Shown here one piece after another: positions 41,850 to 56,191 of a DNA stretch of 64,000 nt (positions within the stretch are counted from its first letter, which is position 1; the number at the start of each line of letters is the position of its first letter). The notes under the pieces are model-generated. The model saw only the letters and a list, made by a program, of their open reading frames with translations, ran no database searches and was not told the DNA's origin. Source of the DNA: Eledone cirrhosa (Eukaryota); NCBI GenBank assembly GCA_964016885.1, contig OZ024747.1, positions 36,890,001 to 36,954,000 of the forward strand, written 5' to 3'. The position numbers and the translations under genes are program-made.

Positions 41850-42264
41850 CTCCGGGAGAGATGACCCCTTAGCCTTTGTCAAGGCAGAATTCTAGGAGAA
41901 GGAAAACTCTGATATAACACCTGCAACCCTGATGGTATCCAATGATGTTGACTTGTTCTTCTTTTTGGTAAATATCATCTTGGTTAAGAGAGTGGGACTG
42001 GCTTTATGCAGTGCCTTTGCTCACTATAAAAGCTTCACGGCACAGGCATTGCTTTATATCTGGAGATCTCTCTGCACTTGTCGTCACATGGTACCATGAG
42101 CCTAGCACTATGTGTCAATAATTGTCACAAGTGTAGTGTTTGTACCAGAGTTTTCAAGTCGCTGGCTGGACTAAAAAGTCACACTCGTTTAGCGCATCGG
42201 TAGGGGTTCTCCTACATGGATATAAAGTAGTGGCCGTACTCGAAAACGAGTTGGCAGCCACCAT
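41850..42264 (+). mobile_element. Bipartite RTE-derived short element, type 2
   Basis: Near-identical to 26963-27372; CSVCTRVFKSLAGLKSHTRLAH at 42132-42197. Confidence 0.78.
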
Positions 42265-42269
42265 GTATG

Positions 42270-42839
<570 letters not shown>

Positions 42840-42851
42840 CACATATATATA

Positions 42852-44086
42852 GAGTATTTACGTATCGAGAGAAAAAAAAAGGAGGGATAGGTGATACATG
42901 TAGTTATTTGCCACATAGCGTATGCAGAAGGTCCTCAATACTAGTGCCGGCAGTATTAAATATTAGAAGTGTTAATATTTAGTGGGCGAGAGAATTAGCA
43001 GAGCGTAAGCACGTGGAAAATTAAGAAATGGGAGAACAGACCCATTAATACATGTTTATTTAAAACAGCACCTACGTACGTTTCGCCCGGATGGGATTCT
43101 CAAATAACTAAAAGTGTTCCTGACATGGCCCGGAATGTCTTTTTGGAGGTAAGTTCACGTCAGAGTTCTTTCTTCGCAAAAAAAGCGAATGGCATAAATA
43201 ATCAAAAGTGTTCCTTACATTGCTCGGAAAGAGTTTTGGGGGTTAAATCCACGTCGAGGTTCATTGCTCGCAAAAATAGCTTGTTTTGATTTTGCAGTAG
43301 GTCAAGGGAGGTATCTCTGGCTGGTGTTAGGGCAGTCTTTCCCGGACAAATTTTTTATCCGTTACAAGATGTTGTTACAACCTTACCATACGTACAGGGT
43401 CAGGTAAGCAACGTTTGTTTTGAGACCTTTGTTAGCTGCACCTGCCCGCCTGGGTAATTTTAAGCTGGGTCTGGGATGCATGGTTAGTTTCCGGATGTTT
43501 TTTGCAGTGCCTGCCCGCCGGGGTCTTAAAGCTTGTTGCAGGGAGACCGGGTGTACGGTTTCACTCCTTATCCTTCTCCCATGCCGTTATGATGTGCTAG
43601 AGCTCCATGAGGCAAAGATCGCACTTCCTCTTGAAGTTGTACGGTGCAGCCCTACCGACAATATCCCAGTGCGTAGAGAAGCTGATGTTTAAGTCTTTTA
43701 ATGATGTGACGTAGTCCGCGAGCGAAGTGGAGTGTCTTAATTTCTTATTTGTGAAAGAGTGGAGATGTGTTCGAAATCTAATTTTGAACGGGCCAGAGGT
43801 AGCACCTTTATAATGTTTAAGGCTATTGTGGCTAGTTAGAGTGCACCTATATATAACCCTATCAGTCAAGCAGTATCCCCTAAAGGGGCAGCGTCTCCTC
43901 TCGTGGCAGTTGCAATTTCTGTCGCGGTCCCTTCTAATTCCCACGGTAAGGCTATTATTATTGTTATCTATGTTGTTATCTACGCTCCCGCACCTGTCGT
44001 TAGCACCACTATAACCCACTGCGCGCGGGGTGGTACCATTATTATTCCGCACGTCATGTCCTGCGTGTTACCCAGTCATGTCGCGG

Positions 44087-44087
<1 letters not shown>
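42852..44087 (-). mobile_element. 3' fragment of the same PLE family as 5117-7130
   Basis: ORF 43597-44052 [24 protein letters not shown]..; 3' end matches 5117-5520. Confidence 0.88.
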
Positions 44088-44120
<33 letters not shown>

Positions 44121-44131
44121 GTATACATATG

Positions 44132-44311
<180 letters not shown>

Positions 44312-44339
44312 CGTGTATATATATATATATATATATATA

Positions 44340-47300
44340 ACAACGATATTAAATAAATGGAAACTATATTTATAAAACCATATTTATTTTATATATATTT
44401 CAAGGGCAACCAAGGCAACATTGGTGCGCTTTCATCAGATAAAATAAAAAGTTTGTTTTATAAATAGAGACGTACCGATGAAAATACTACCTTATCGGTT
44501 GGAAATTCACTGGATAGTGGAAACATATTAGGGATTATTCAAACTTATGTGTGCATATGCATGTGTAAATAATTTAAATGAATGTGTAAATAATTTTAAA
44601 AACAACCGTTTATTTAAATGACACTGGAGAAAGATAGGGAAGAAAGAGAGAGAGAAAAAAGAGAGAGAGAAAAGATATTAATATTACGAGATAGATAGAG
44701 AGAAGAAATTTACAAGAGTATGAATAGAACTCATGTAACCTAAGTATGGGGGTATAAAATTTAAGTTTATATCTACTAATGGTACGTATATTTATTATTA
44801 TTTAGTTGTTAGAATTCTTTTTAATATAATATTTACTGTTATAAGTAGATAGAAAAATAAATAGATATATATATATATATATAGAAAAGTAAATATATAT
44901 AAAAATTGGATAGAAAAATATATGGAGAAATAAATAGATAGAATAATAGATAAATAGAAGAATAAATAGAAAAATAGATAGATAGAAAAATAAGTAGAAA
45001 AATAAAGAGAAACATAAATAGAAAAATAAAAGAATAAATCAATAAATAGATAAATAGATAAATAGATAGATAAATGGATATATGGGTATATCGTGTTTTA
45101 GATAATTGTTTTAATGAGTGATGAGGGATATTAGTTTATATTTAATGTAAGTAATTAAGTTAACTGAGTTAATAAGAGTATTTATATTTATATATTTTAA
45201 ATATTTTAAATTGGGAAGATACGGAAAAACTCCAGTTTTGTTTATTTATTAGTTAGTATGAGACCATTTTGTCAAAATATGTTTCAATGTTAAAGATATA
45301 AATGTTGAAAGATATATTTAGCCTGAATTAGTTAGTGGGTATAAATCTAATAAAAGATATTAAAAAATGTTTTTATTAAAAATATTAAAAAATATTAAAA
45401 ATTCGGGAAAATTAAAAAAACATTTTTTTTTATTTTAAGAATTTTATAAAAACTTTTATAAAAAATTTTATAAAAGTTTTATAAAAACTTTTTTTAAATA
45501 TTTTATAAGAGATAAGTAGATTTTAAAAAAAAATAATTAAAAAAAAATAACTAATTTTTAACATATATGAAAGATTTAAGAAGTAAAACATAAAAAATGA
45601 AAGATTTAAGAAGTAAAAAATAAGACAATAAAAAATAAAGAATTAAATAACTTAAAAAATATTAAAATTAAAGTTAATATTAAAAATTAAAATTTAAAAA
45701 TTTAGGATCGATCATATATGTATATAATTTAAGAAATGTTAAGAAGTGAAACTATAAGAAGTGAAATTATAGCAAACAATATGTTACAACAGAGTGGATG
45801 AGATTGTTATGGAAATAAGTAGAAATATTATAAGTGTAATTATAATTTATAATTTATATATATTTCAGAAACGTTGAATTTAGGCGATGTTTACAAGAAC
45901 TAAATAAATTCATTCGTACATTAATAGTTCTCACATTTAATTATGAAGAAAATTTCCTCTACACACAATTTGCAAAATCTAGATAAAGTTGTGTTTCAGT
46001 AGACGGGTGTCTTGAAATGATTTCCCAAGTTAAAGAATAGTCCATACTTTTGGATTTTAAGTTTCATATCAGGTTTGATAGACAAGTTGAAGATTTTTTA
46101 TCAAGTTTATTGAACGAGCATTTGTGATTATTCCAACGAGTTTTAAAGTCTGTAGAAGTTGAACCTACATAGTTAAATATATTATCATTGGTTTTAACTG
46201 TACATTTGTTGACCACGTCCTTATCTAAACACTTATTTTTTAAAGAACAGTTTGATTTAATTCTACAGTTACATTTAGCGGAGTTGATGTTATTCGGAAC
46301 GGTACTATTATGTTGGATATTGCTAGAGATATTACTGCTATTTTGGTTATGGTTTAAATTTCTATTATTGATTCTATTTATATTTTGTGCTATGTTCATA
46401 GTAATAGAGTAAGATAGTTTTATTGTATGTCTGTTAAAGATTGAGTGATATCTATGGGCTTTAGGAAAACATTTATCTAGTGCTTTAAAGAATAGCTTAG
46501 CTAAAGGTGTTTTAACGCTTAATGAAAATGGAGGTGAATACCAAACGATATTTCTAGTTCTATTTCTTCTGTTAGTTTTAGAGTTTAAGTTAGGTTTTTT
46601 AGTGTAATTATAATTAATAGTAGGGTTATTTGCCTTATTACTGTTGTCGATGTATTTAATCTTATTTATATAGCCTGCTCTATTTAAAGCTTCATTATAA
46701 TATTCTACCTTATCGTCAAAAATGTTTTTATTAGCGGAGATTCGTGAAATACGTTGTTGAATAGAATTTACAATAGTGTTCTTGATAGATCTAGGATGAT
46801 TAGAGTTGAAGCTTACATAGTTTAGATTTTCATTAATTTTATGGAATGGAAAGTAGAGCCCTGTGTTAAGGTTTAATGTTACGTCTAAAAAGTTAACAAT
46901 TTTATAGTTATTCTCTATTTCTAACTTAAGATTGTAGCTATTGAAAAATTGTATTATTGATTTTCTTTTTCTATTAATTTCACAATTACTATGATTTTCA
47001 ATTAAAAACAGCATATCATCACCATATAAACCACCGGTCATCTCTGGTATTTTTCTATGTAGTGTATTATTAATAAAAAGCCCCAGAAGATCCGTTATTT
47101 TCGCCGAGTCCGATGACCCCATGGTGATATCAAAATGATTTATTCTATCAGCTCTAGTCCAGAGATGATTGTTGAATTCAATTAAACTTTTCCGTGCGGT
47201 TAAAATGATATGCATTTCTTCGCTAGATAAATCTGTATGTTTAGATGCATATATAATATCATGGAATACTTACTCCAGTTAACTGTTGAGTGCTCTAAAT

Positions 47301-47345
47301 CAGTTATAAACATTTATGTTTGTCGGACTTCCAACAAATTAAATA
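44340..47345 (-). mobile_element. Hydra-clade-like PLE, very AT-rich, with long 3' region
   Basis: ORF 46064-47215: FDITMGSSDSA, GGLYGDD, NFLDVTL, SNHP, CNCRIKSNC, YVGSTSTDFKTRWNNH; terminal HHR. Confidence 0.88.
44383..44448 (-). ncRNA. Type I hammerhead with 10-bp stem I
   Basis: Reverse complement TTTATTTTAT-CTGATGA-AAG CGCACCAA..TTGGTTGC CCTT-GAAATATAT-ATAAAATAAA. Confidence 0.78.
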
Positions 47346-47355
47346 CAATTTCTAA

Positions 47356-47462
<107 letters not shown>

Positions 47463-47463
47463 C

Positions 47464-47495
<32 letters not shown>

Positions 47496-48081
47496 CGGGT
47501 AACAAGTTATCATTATAGGTAATCCTGTTAGAGGTTGTGAGTACTCTGCGTCGTGGATACGAAAATAGGATATTTTCGTATTCTGATGAGTTGGTCAGAG
47601 GTAAATAATGTAATGGAGGTCGAGTGACGCAACTTAAAGCGATTAGCGACCTCTAGGCTCACCTGATCAATGGAACAATTGTCAATACCTGAAATAAACC
47701 CCCTTGTTATGCAGCCAACCATGTTACACTTCGTTCTTTCACTATATATATATATAATATATGTATATTTTGCGTGACTATTTCTTACTATAGGTAATAA
47801 GTATATGTATATACTTCTGAACAGATCTGATATATTTTGGAAAAGGAAAGGTTTAGAAAGGGTGCTGGAAAGAAATATAGACGACGAATCGCCCCCAGTA
47901 CTCAACTGGTACATCTTTTATCCACTTTGAATCAATGAAAGGCAAAGTTTATTCTCCTGTAAGATGCAAGAAATAACTGCAAAATTCCACATCTTTCATT
48001 TTCACTTTTGAAAACTGACAAAAATCATAAAACTGATAAGAGTTAATGTAAATAAATCTTCCTCAAGTTCATTTTTAACTT

Positions 48082-48119
<38 letters not shown>

Positions 48120-48342
48120 GGGGGGGCGTGTATGTGTGTGTATGTATTTTCGCGAGTCAGTTCTTTCGTTGCTACAGACCCCGAGGCTGAGTTACCGGTC
48201 GCTATCTTCAATTTGCAAAGCCCTTTAAACTGTATGTTATTACTCTGCTGAGGTCTATACCTTGTCGAGTGCTTGGCTACACTGCTGAAGGCATTCGTCG
48301 GCTTAGCTGCGACTCGAGCTTCGAATATGCTGGACTTCCATT

Positions 48343-48453
<111 letters not shown>

Positions 48454-48454
48454 C

Positions 48455-48716
48455 TAAAGTCTGTTTTAAGCCAGAAGGCTCATTTGACTGGTACTTATCC
48501 CGGCGTGAAGTGACTGAGAGCACACGACTCCTTCCCTATACAGGACGCCAGTCCATCAGAGGGTTAAACCCCCACCTATTTCTGGTACTCCTTTTCAGCT
48601 GAATATACTGGACCAACGTGAAAGAAAGTGTTTTGCTGAAGAACACAACACGCAACCCAGGGATCGAACCCACGACATTATAATCGTATGTCCAACACGC
48701 ATACCACTGCCTCCAC
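48455..48716 (-). mobile_element. SINE family B
   Basis: Aligns with 35970-36246; B box GGTTCGATCCC. Confidence 0.8.
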
Positions 48717-48734
48717 TATATATATATATATGTG

Positions 48735-49200
48735 TGCAGTTAGAGAATTTAGTGGCGGCTTTGTGTCTATAGAAACTTGTTCGCACGATCTTGCTCTTGA
48801 GCAGCATTTTGTTATATTGTTGAATATTGCAGAGTCCACAGTGGGACATCCCGTTCGTGTAGGCCCTTACATTTGATAACTTCGGAAAGCTAATTTCATA
48901 TCCTTGATTAATGTCCTTAACCTGCCTGATTTTATTGGCCAGCGTTGTTAGGTTACTGAGTTTTCGCTTTTTTATGGAGTGTCGATGCACATACCATCGT
49001 TTCTTGCAGTCAGCAGCCGTAGAACCTATGTATTAATATGCCACATTGCTAGATTTAATAGTGCATACGTATACAATACTGGACTCCAATATTGTTTATC
49101 TATTCTGTAGTGGGCATTTATCTGGCAGGTGGCAGTTACATTTGGAGGCCTTCTTATGTGCAGGTTCCGCGTTATGGTTCAATATGTTGTTTGAGGTATG
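48735..49200 (-). mobile_element. GIY-YIG fragment of Hydra-like PLE
   Basis: Reverse complement CNCHLPDKCPLQNR..IVYVC..YIGSTAADCKKRWYVHRHS..CGLC. Confidence 0.75.
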
Positions 49201-49679
49201 ATATTTTTGTGGTTTAGGGAAGTGCTTTAATTAAGGTCGAGTGACGTAACATATAAGGATCAGCGATTTTTAGACACACCGGACTAATGAAACAATTGTT
49301 AAAACTTTAAATAAACCCTATTGTACAGTGGACGATGTTATTCTTCATTCTTTTACTATTATTACTCCAAGAACCGCCTGCCTAGGAACTTTCTTAAACC
49401 GGTCCCCCGTCTAAGTAAACTTCTTGTTGACTCAAACAACGCAGTACGTTAAAACCATCCACGATACAGAGTACTCATAACCTCTAATTCAATAACCTTA
49501 AACGATATCTTGTTATCCTAACACACCCAGGAGCTGGACATATCGATGAATTGACAGAGTAGAACACATTTCAACACCATGTTTACCTGTTCTTTCTACA
49601 TTAATTCGTACTGCCTGATGAAATTACAGACAATAATGGCTGTCATGATGTAAAAGGACACTCAGGACTGAAACATATA

Positions 49680-49800
49680 CGGAAGAATGGCCACGAGAAC
49701 AGAAATGGCGGGCGACAGGAGTATCCAAACCGAGTCTGATGTCCCTCAAATGTTCGGCAAAATGGTCCGTCATACGGCGTCCCGTTTGTCCGATATATAA
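49680..49800 (-). mobile_element. GIY-YIG fragment, Neptune-like PLE
   Basis: Reverse complement LYIGQTGRRMTDHFAEHLRDIRLGLDTPVARHF; homologous to 11105-11222. Confidence 0.75.
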
Positions 49801-49899
49801 AGACCCAATTTAAGTCACCGAAATATATATAGCAGTAATAAACGAAACCACATTTTAAACATTTGACTTATTTATTTTATTTTATATATATATATGTAT

Positions 49900-50100
49900 A
49901 TTTAGGAACAAGTATGACCCCGACGGCAGAGCTCAAGCCGTTTCGACGGCTATTTCTGGATATATGCAGAAATAGCTGTCGAAACGGCTTGAGCTCTGCC
50001 GTCGGGGTCATACTTGTTCCTATTACCCACTCTACTACCCTAAGTATTGAGTACTTTGGTGCGTTATGGTCCATCTGGTTCCATACAACAATTCCTTCGT

Positions 50101-50101
<1 letters not shown>
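49900..50101 (+). mobile_element. Short fold-back element, family E
   Basis: ~55-bp arms taggaacaag..ctatttctg / cagaaatag..cttgttccta with ~9-nt spacer; tail shared with 30482-30560. Confidence 0.78.
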
Positions 50102-50136
<35 letters not shown>

Positions 50137-50633
50137 TACACATACATACATGTACCTATATACATACCTACATATATGTGTGTGTACACATACATGTGTG
50201 CATGCATACAAGCACCTTTACACACCCTCCGGCCCACATGTCCGAGTATAGATACACTAATAAACATACGTGCACGTATATACTCACACACGTGTCTGTA
50301 TAGACATACACGTACATACAGATATATACACACACTCTTAAAAACAAATGTCCCTCTAAACTTAAAGATAAATACAGTACTAATAAGCACAAATACATGG
50401 TATTACGGCGAGGTAGTATTACAAGACATACATATGTCTGTCCACTTGTGGGAGTACACAGATAAAGATAAAAGTAATAATAATTGTTTCTGGCCAGTAA
50501 TTATCCCAGCAATTATCCCAGTGTATATGTGAAACTTGACTATTTATTTTATAAGACAACAATTGATACTGCATTAGTGAATGAATTAAGGAACATTCTA
50601 AAAGAATACTGCGCCGGTTCCTTTAACTTAAAC

Positions 50634-50679
<46 letters not shown>

Positions 50680-52800
50680 CAGTAGTAGCAGCAGCAGCAG
50701 CTGCTGCTGTTGTTAGAGAAGGTTGATGTTGGGTAGTAGATTTTACTGAAGCAGCACGCACCATCTTCTAATGGAACAGAAACATTTAATTAAGCCTAGG
50801 ATAATTCTGGGGGTTATTTGTTTTGTTTTGTTTTTATAGTTAGTTCTTTTCTTTAGTTTTTAGAATTCAATTGGAAGAAAGCTACATTTACTGTTATTTG
50901 ATACAATCTTAAGAATGTTAACAGGAATTCTATTACAGTTGCAAGAACAAGAGCTATTTGACAAAACATCTTATTTAAAGCTGTGAACAAAGTGATGAGG
51001 GTGAAAATTATTTAGCTAATTGTATTCCTGCCACAATATTCCCGAGTGTTATTTTAATCCCATTTGGAGCAGTAAATAACAAGGTCAATAAAGCTAGGAT
51101 TTCATGAGAGGAGTAAATCCTTATAATACAAAACTGTGTCAGCTGAATATCATGAGGTATATATTCTCGGGTAATTTTTTCACGTTTCTTACGACCCTCC
51201 CGCTCTTATTCCACCCCAGCTTATAAAATGTTGCTAACCTATCTCCGGTAATTTTTATTTTAAGTCGTAGCATTCCTGCGATAATTGTTTTTTTTTTTGT
51301 TTTTTGTTTTTTTTTGACAGGGAAAAACATTATACATTCTACTGTACATAACAAAAAAACAATATTACAAGAAATCCCATACGTTATAAAATAAATAGGA
51401 TGGGTTGGGGTTTCAATATATAAACTAAACGACTAATCCTGATTTTAAATTAAAAAAACTCGAAAAATTCGCGATTTTACAACTCCCTCGCTTATTTCAA
51501 CCCCACCCCACCCCTCCCTATTATTTGGGGTTCGTGAGTACGGCAAAAAATTATATCGAACATGAAACTGATTCTATGAATCATCGCCACGAGGACAGAA
51601 TCGTCTCCGTGTTTAGCGAATGTTGTTCTCGTGTAGAATATTGTGGTTTTCTGTAAGGAAGAATTAATCTCGTGCGTTATTAAAGGCGCCATTCATAGAA
51701 CTTACAAGTGCTGTATATTGATGCACTATATCTTTATTTTATATTTCATAAATAATATCTTGTATTAGGAATGGATATCCTCGAGAGGTAATCGAAGCAA
51801 AACAACTTTCCACTTCAGTGATATCCCAAATTTCAAAGTCACATACCTACAAGCATTTAAAATAGAACTGGCGTAAATAGGGATTTGTGGAAAAGAAGGA
51901 TAGAAGAAACAATACTGTGCCCAAGAAACTATATATATATACGGGTAGGACTGAAATTATAGGATTTTATGATGATATTCGACACGATTATACATACAAT
52001 TTCGTTACACATGCACACTTACATCCTACTGTACATTGGCTTAGATGGCCAGCAAAACATTCACCTCATTTAGATTCTTCTATTAGATAAATAGTGATAC
52101 GTATCATATCATCAGCAATGTCAATAGAAATCCAATGAACTCTCGCCGACTCACACCAATTAGATTTTAATGGTAACCCTGTATTATGTATTGTGTGCAG
52201 TTTACTGCTTCAGGCAGCATTAGAACATTGTGTGATTAATGAATGTTGAGTTAATCATACACTATGTATGTAGTGCAGTGGCCAAATACTGTTATAATGG
52301 AGGGAAGGAAAATGAGAAACTACTTCAGATTATACTTCTTTGAAAACTAATCGATTTTCATCATCTAGATGACTGTGATGTGATTTACAAATCAAATGGT
52401 ATTCGTTAATTTGTTAATGGTCACCTTCCCAAAACGTGTAAATTTCTATGTAGTCGCTCAAACTGCTAGAAATGGCAACCAAGTGAATCATCCAATTGCA
52501 CCGTACAGCTTTAAATATGTGAGGATATAATGGATACTTTAGATACATATATACACGAAGGGGATTGTTGAAATACCTTTGATCATAGGCTTACTTATAT
52601 AAAGCTCCCCTTGAGCTAAACAACCACAATCTGCATTGAAAGTATTGATTCTATATAGGAACACATTTTCCTTATGCCCCTGTTGCTATTTACCAAACTT
52701 AACAAACAATGTATTCCTCTCCGTTTGTATGAATTTCCTTTAGATTATTTTTACATTTTATGCCTGAAACACTTTAGATATTAATGTTACGCATACTGAC

Positions 52801-52867
52801 ATCATTGATTTGATATCATTGATTTGATATCATTGATTTGATATCATATTGATTTGATATCATATTG
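52801..52867. repeat. 14-16-bp minisatellite ATCATTGATTTGAT, ~4.5 copies
   Basis: Direct reading. Confidence 0.85.
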
Positions 52868-53267
52868 TGAAAAGAACATGACAGCCCAGCTCAATAAACA
52901 GTATGAAACTCGTAACCTTCTCTATCCGTGAACAATACACATCTAAAACATTTCAAATAGCGAAACATTTTGAGCCTCAAACTTTTATTGAAATTTAATG
53001 ATGACCATAAAGCTACAACATTGTTAATACTACAACACAAAAGCTAGGTCTCTTCTTCAGAAACATAAAATTCATGATCACATATTTCAGATGAAAATGA
53101 GAATGTTAACGTTGAAAACAATACATACAGGGCTACATACACACACTTACATACATACATACATACATACACACATACATACATACATACATACATACAT
53201 ACATACATACATACATACATACATACATACATACATACATACATACATACATACATACATACATACA

Positions 53268-54674
53268 ACTATAGATATCTTGGACAGGATGAGAATGTCA
53301 GATATGATGGACCCATAAATAAGGAGAGAACCAGAACTGAATACCTCAGAAGAGTAAAGAAAATATGGTCATCAGAACTGTCAGCATACAACAAATACAT
53401 TGCCCACAATACCTATGCTGTGCCAATTCTAACGCCAACATTTGGCCTACTGAACTGGTCATTGCAAGAACTAAGTGAGATGGATGTTAGAACTCGAAAA
53501 CTTCTCAGTGTTACTGGGAACTTTAACATCAATGGTGATGTGGATAGGCTATACTTCTCACGCAAGGAAGGTGGCCGGGGTCTAAAATCAATATTAACAA
53601 CATATGAGACCCGGATAGTAACACTGTAGCAACACCTTCAACAGAGGAAAAAGGTTGGCAACCATCTTGCTCAGGTTTATGAGCATGAAAAAAGAAATAT
53701 CATTAGAATAGCGACTGATCTGGAGGAGAGATATGGAATAAAGCCTGATATAAATCTCTCACCCAGAGAAATCGGAAGATCCTATTCAATGTTCAAACAA
53801 GATGAAAAAATTGACCAATTTACAGAGAAAGTTGTGCATGGATACTTGAGGCGTTAAACACAGACCATAGGGGGGATAAACCACTCAAAAAGCCTGGCAT
53901 GGAGTTCCGACAAGTTTATGACATCACACCTTGAGGGATATCTCTATGCAATACAGGAACAAGAACTCCCTACCAAATATCTGCTGCACAAAAGAGGAGG
54001 GCCAGCAGCTGACAATAAATGTAGGCTATGTAAAACAAAGATCGAGGATGTAAGCCACATTGTTGCCAGCTGCGAAAGAATGTCATCTCGCTACTACCTC
54101 CCCATGAGACACGATGGGGTAGCTAGAACCATCTGGAACGCACTTCGGAAAACAAAATTAACAACAAACGAGGATGAATATATTGAGACAGATGGCACTA
54201 AGGAATACTGGTGGAACCTGAAAATAAAAACTGCCACCAAATTAAAGAACAACCGGCCTGATATTGTAGTTTGGGACCACACATTGAAAACGTGTTCTGT
54301 TGTGGAGATCAGCTGCCCACTTGATGTAAACGTTGTCAGAAAAATACAGGAGAAGGAGCACATCTACGGACCATTGATGAGGAGTTTACAAATCCAGTAT
54401 CCAAGATACACCTTTAGCTTCATACCCATCATTATTGGTGCTACGGGTTATATACCAACCCGCTTGGACCAAAGTATGACCGAACTTGGATTTGCGGACA
54501 AAAAGCGCAGCTCCCTAATTCATAGTCTACAAATGGCTGCGATAGCTGGCACCTTCAAAATTTGCAAAACATTCTTGCGATTCAAGGGATGACAATTTCT
54601 TTTCTTTTACAACCTTGCCACCAGGAAGGTGGCCGGTCAAAAAATATACTCGAAATTAAGAGAAAGAGAAAACA
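53268..54674 (+). mobile_element. 5'-truncated R4/Dong-clade non-LTR retrotransposon inside (TACA)n
   Basis: YRYLG; IWSSELSAYNK; RLYFSRKEGGRGL; AIQEQ; CRLC..HIVASC; RHD; NRPDIVVWD..VEISCP (PD-(D/E)xK); (ACAT)n on both sides. Confidence 0.88.
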
Positions 54675-54819
54675 ACATACATACATACATACATACATAC
54701 ATACATACATACACGTACTTATATATATATATATATATATCTTTTACGTAGACAACGAAGCGTATGTGCATAAACGCACCTGTGGAGCTTATACTCAGCA
54801 CTGTATTTTTGTTTATAAA

Positions 54820-54864
54820 GCTCTGATGATTCCAGCCCCATGGCATGGATGAAGCATTGTCAGC
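54820..54864 (+). ncRNA. Minimal hammerhead with GAAG core change in a short TA-flanked unit
   Basis: GCT-CTGATGA-T-TCCA GCC CCAT GGC A TGGA-T-GAAG CATT GTC-AGC. Confidence 0.6.
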
Positions 54865-54913
54865 AAATAAAAATTGTATGAGTATGTAGGCGTTCTTTGA
54901 TTTATTTTACATC

Positions 54914-54999
<86 letters not shown>

Positions 55000-55042
55000 T
55001 GTAAGTACGTGTATGTATGTATGCTTAAACTTTAATCTGTTA

Positions 55043-55112
<70 letters not shown>

Positions 55113-55116
<4 letters not shown>

Positions 55117-55495
55117 GATAAGTCAAAATTAATTTACAATTAAAATTAATCAAAATTAAAAAATATAATATAAATATTTACCTATTCGGATGCTTCTCTG
55201 ATGATCTTTGCTTTTCCATTAATATCCATGTGATATCTAATGTTTTGCAAAGTGAAACTGTACAGTAAGAGCTACCCGAATAGGTAAATATTTATATTAT
55301 ATTTTTTAATTTTGATTAATTTTAATTGTAAATTAATTTTGATTTATTTTGAAAAATTGGTTGAATTTTACTTGTTCTGCTTATCTTCATATTAAGTTCT
55401 GGTATATCAAATTATTACCATCGAACCACCTTGAATCATAGACAATCATGTATTTCTGGGGTACATTGTACCCTCAGATATATTAACTTTACACT
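55113..55495 (+). mobile_element. Short fold-back PLE-derived unit, family F
   Basis: 55123-55189 inverted at 55276-55342; HHR lies in the spacer. Confidence 0.78.
55192..55272 (+). ncRNA. Type I hammerhead with extended stem II
   Basis: TCT-CTGATGA-T-CTTTGC..GCAAAG-T-GAAACTG TA CAGTA-AGA. Confidence 0.82.
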
Positions 55496-55514
55496 ATATA
55501 TATATATATATACA

Positions 55515-56100
55515 ATTAACTTGTTAATTTTTATTGACAGGTTAATTGTATAAGTTTATTTTAAAACTACTCTGTTGAGAACTTATTTGATTTGTGCTAT
55601 TTATGCACTATTTTGCATGATATAGACTTACTGAATTCTTTTGCCAAAATCTGGGGTTATTTCCCCTTGTGATTTCAACACGTGGTTTAACTTGCCTCTG
55701 TGTCACTCACATATTTGGTACAGAGCAAAATACCTGTTGATAACGTGATATTCCTTGTTCGATCATTATACCCAAAGCTTATATTTGTAAGCAGACAATA
55801 TTTTGATTTAGGTGTCATAGAAACCCTGCATTGGATTTTAACAGCAATTCCGAGGGTCCAGGTCTGGTTTTATCATTTATTTTTTATCATTTATTTTGTT
55901 TTGACCTGTTTAGCTTGATTTGCTTTTTGGCTTAGGTGGTTAATGCTTTCTTGGCCACTTTTTCCGTTTTGTATGGCTTCTTAACACATTGTTTAGCTCT
56001 GGTTTTTAACTATTGAGTACTTTGCCAGTGTCATCTCTGAACTTTGCGTTTCGTTTCGCCTTTCCTACCCGCTGAAATGCGATTCTCGCTGAATCTCTAT
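55515..56100 (+). repeat. Family D repeat (reverse orientation relative to the 29.4-kb and 60.9-kb copies as written)
   Basis: cctgttgataa..ttccttgttc.atcat..tgatttagg..agaaaccc..ggatttt..gggtccaggt. Confidence 0.55.
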
Positions 56101-56101
56101 T

Positions 56102-56184
<83 letters not shown>

Positions 56185-56191
<7 letters not shown>

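Noticed and set aside
49605-49685. CTGATGA...GAAAC hammerhead
   Set aside because: Stem II does not close adjacent to the core
50549-50767. Ala/Thr-repeat ORF with upstream acceptor-like site
   Set aside because: Mostly (TAG/CAG)n microsatellite with no homology evidence
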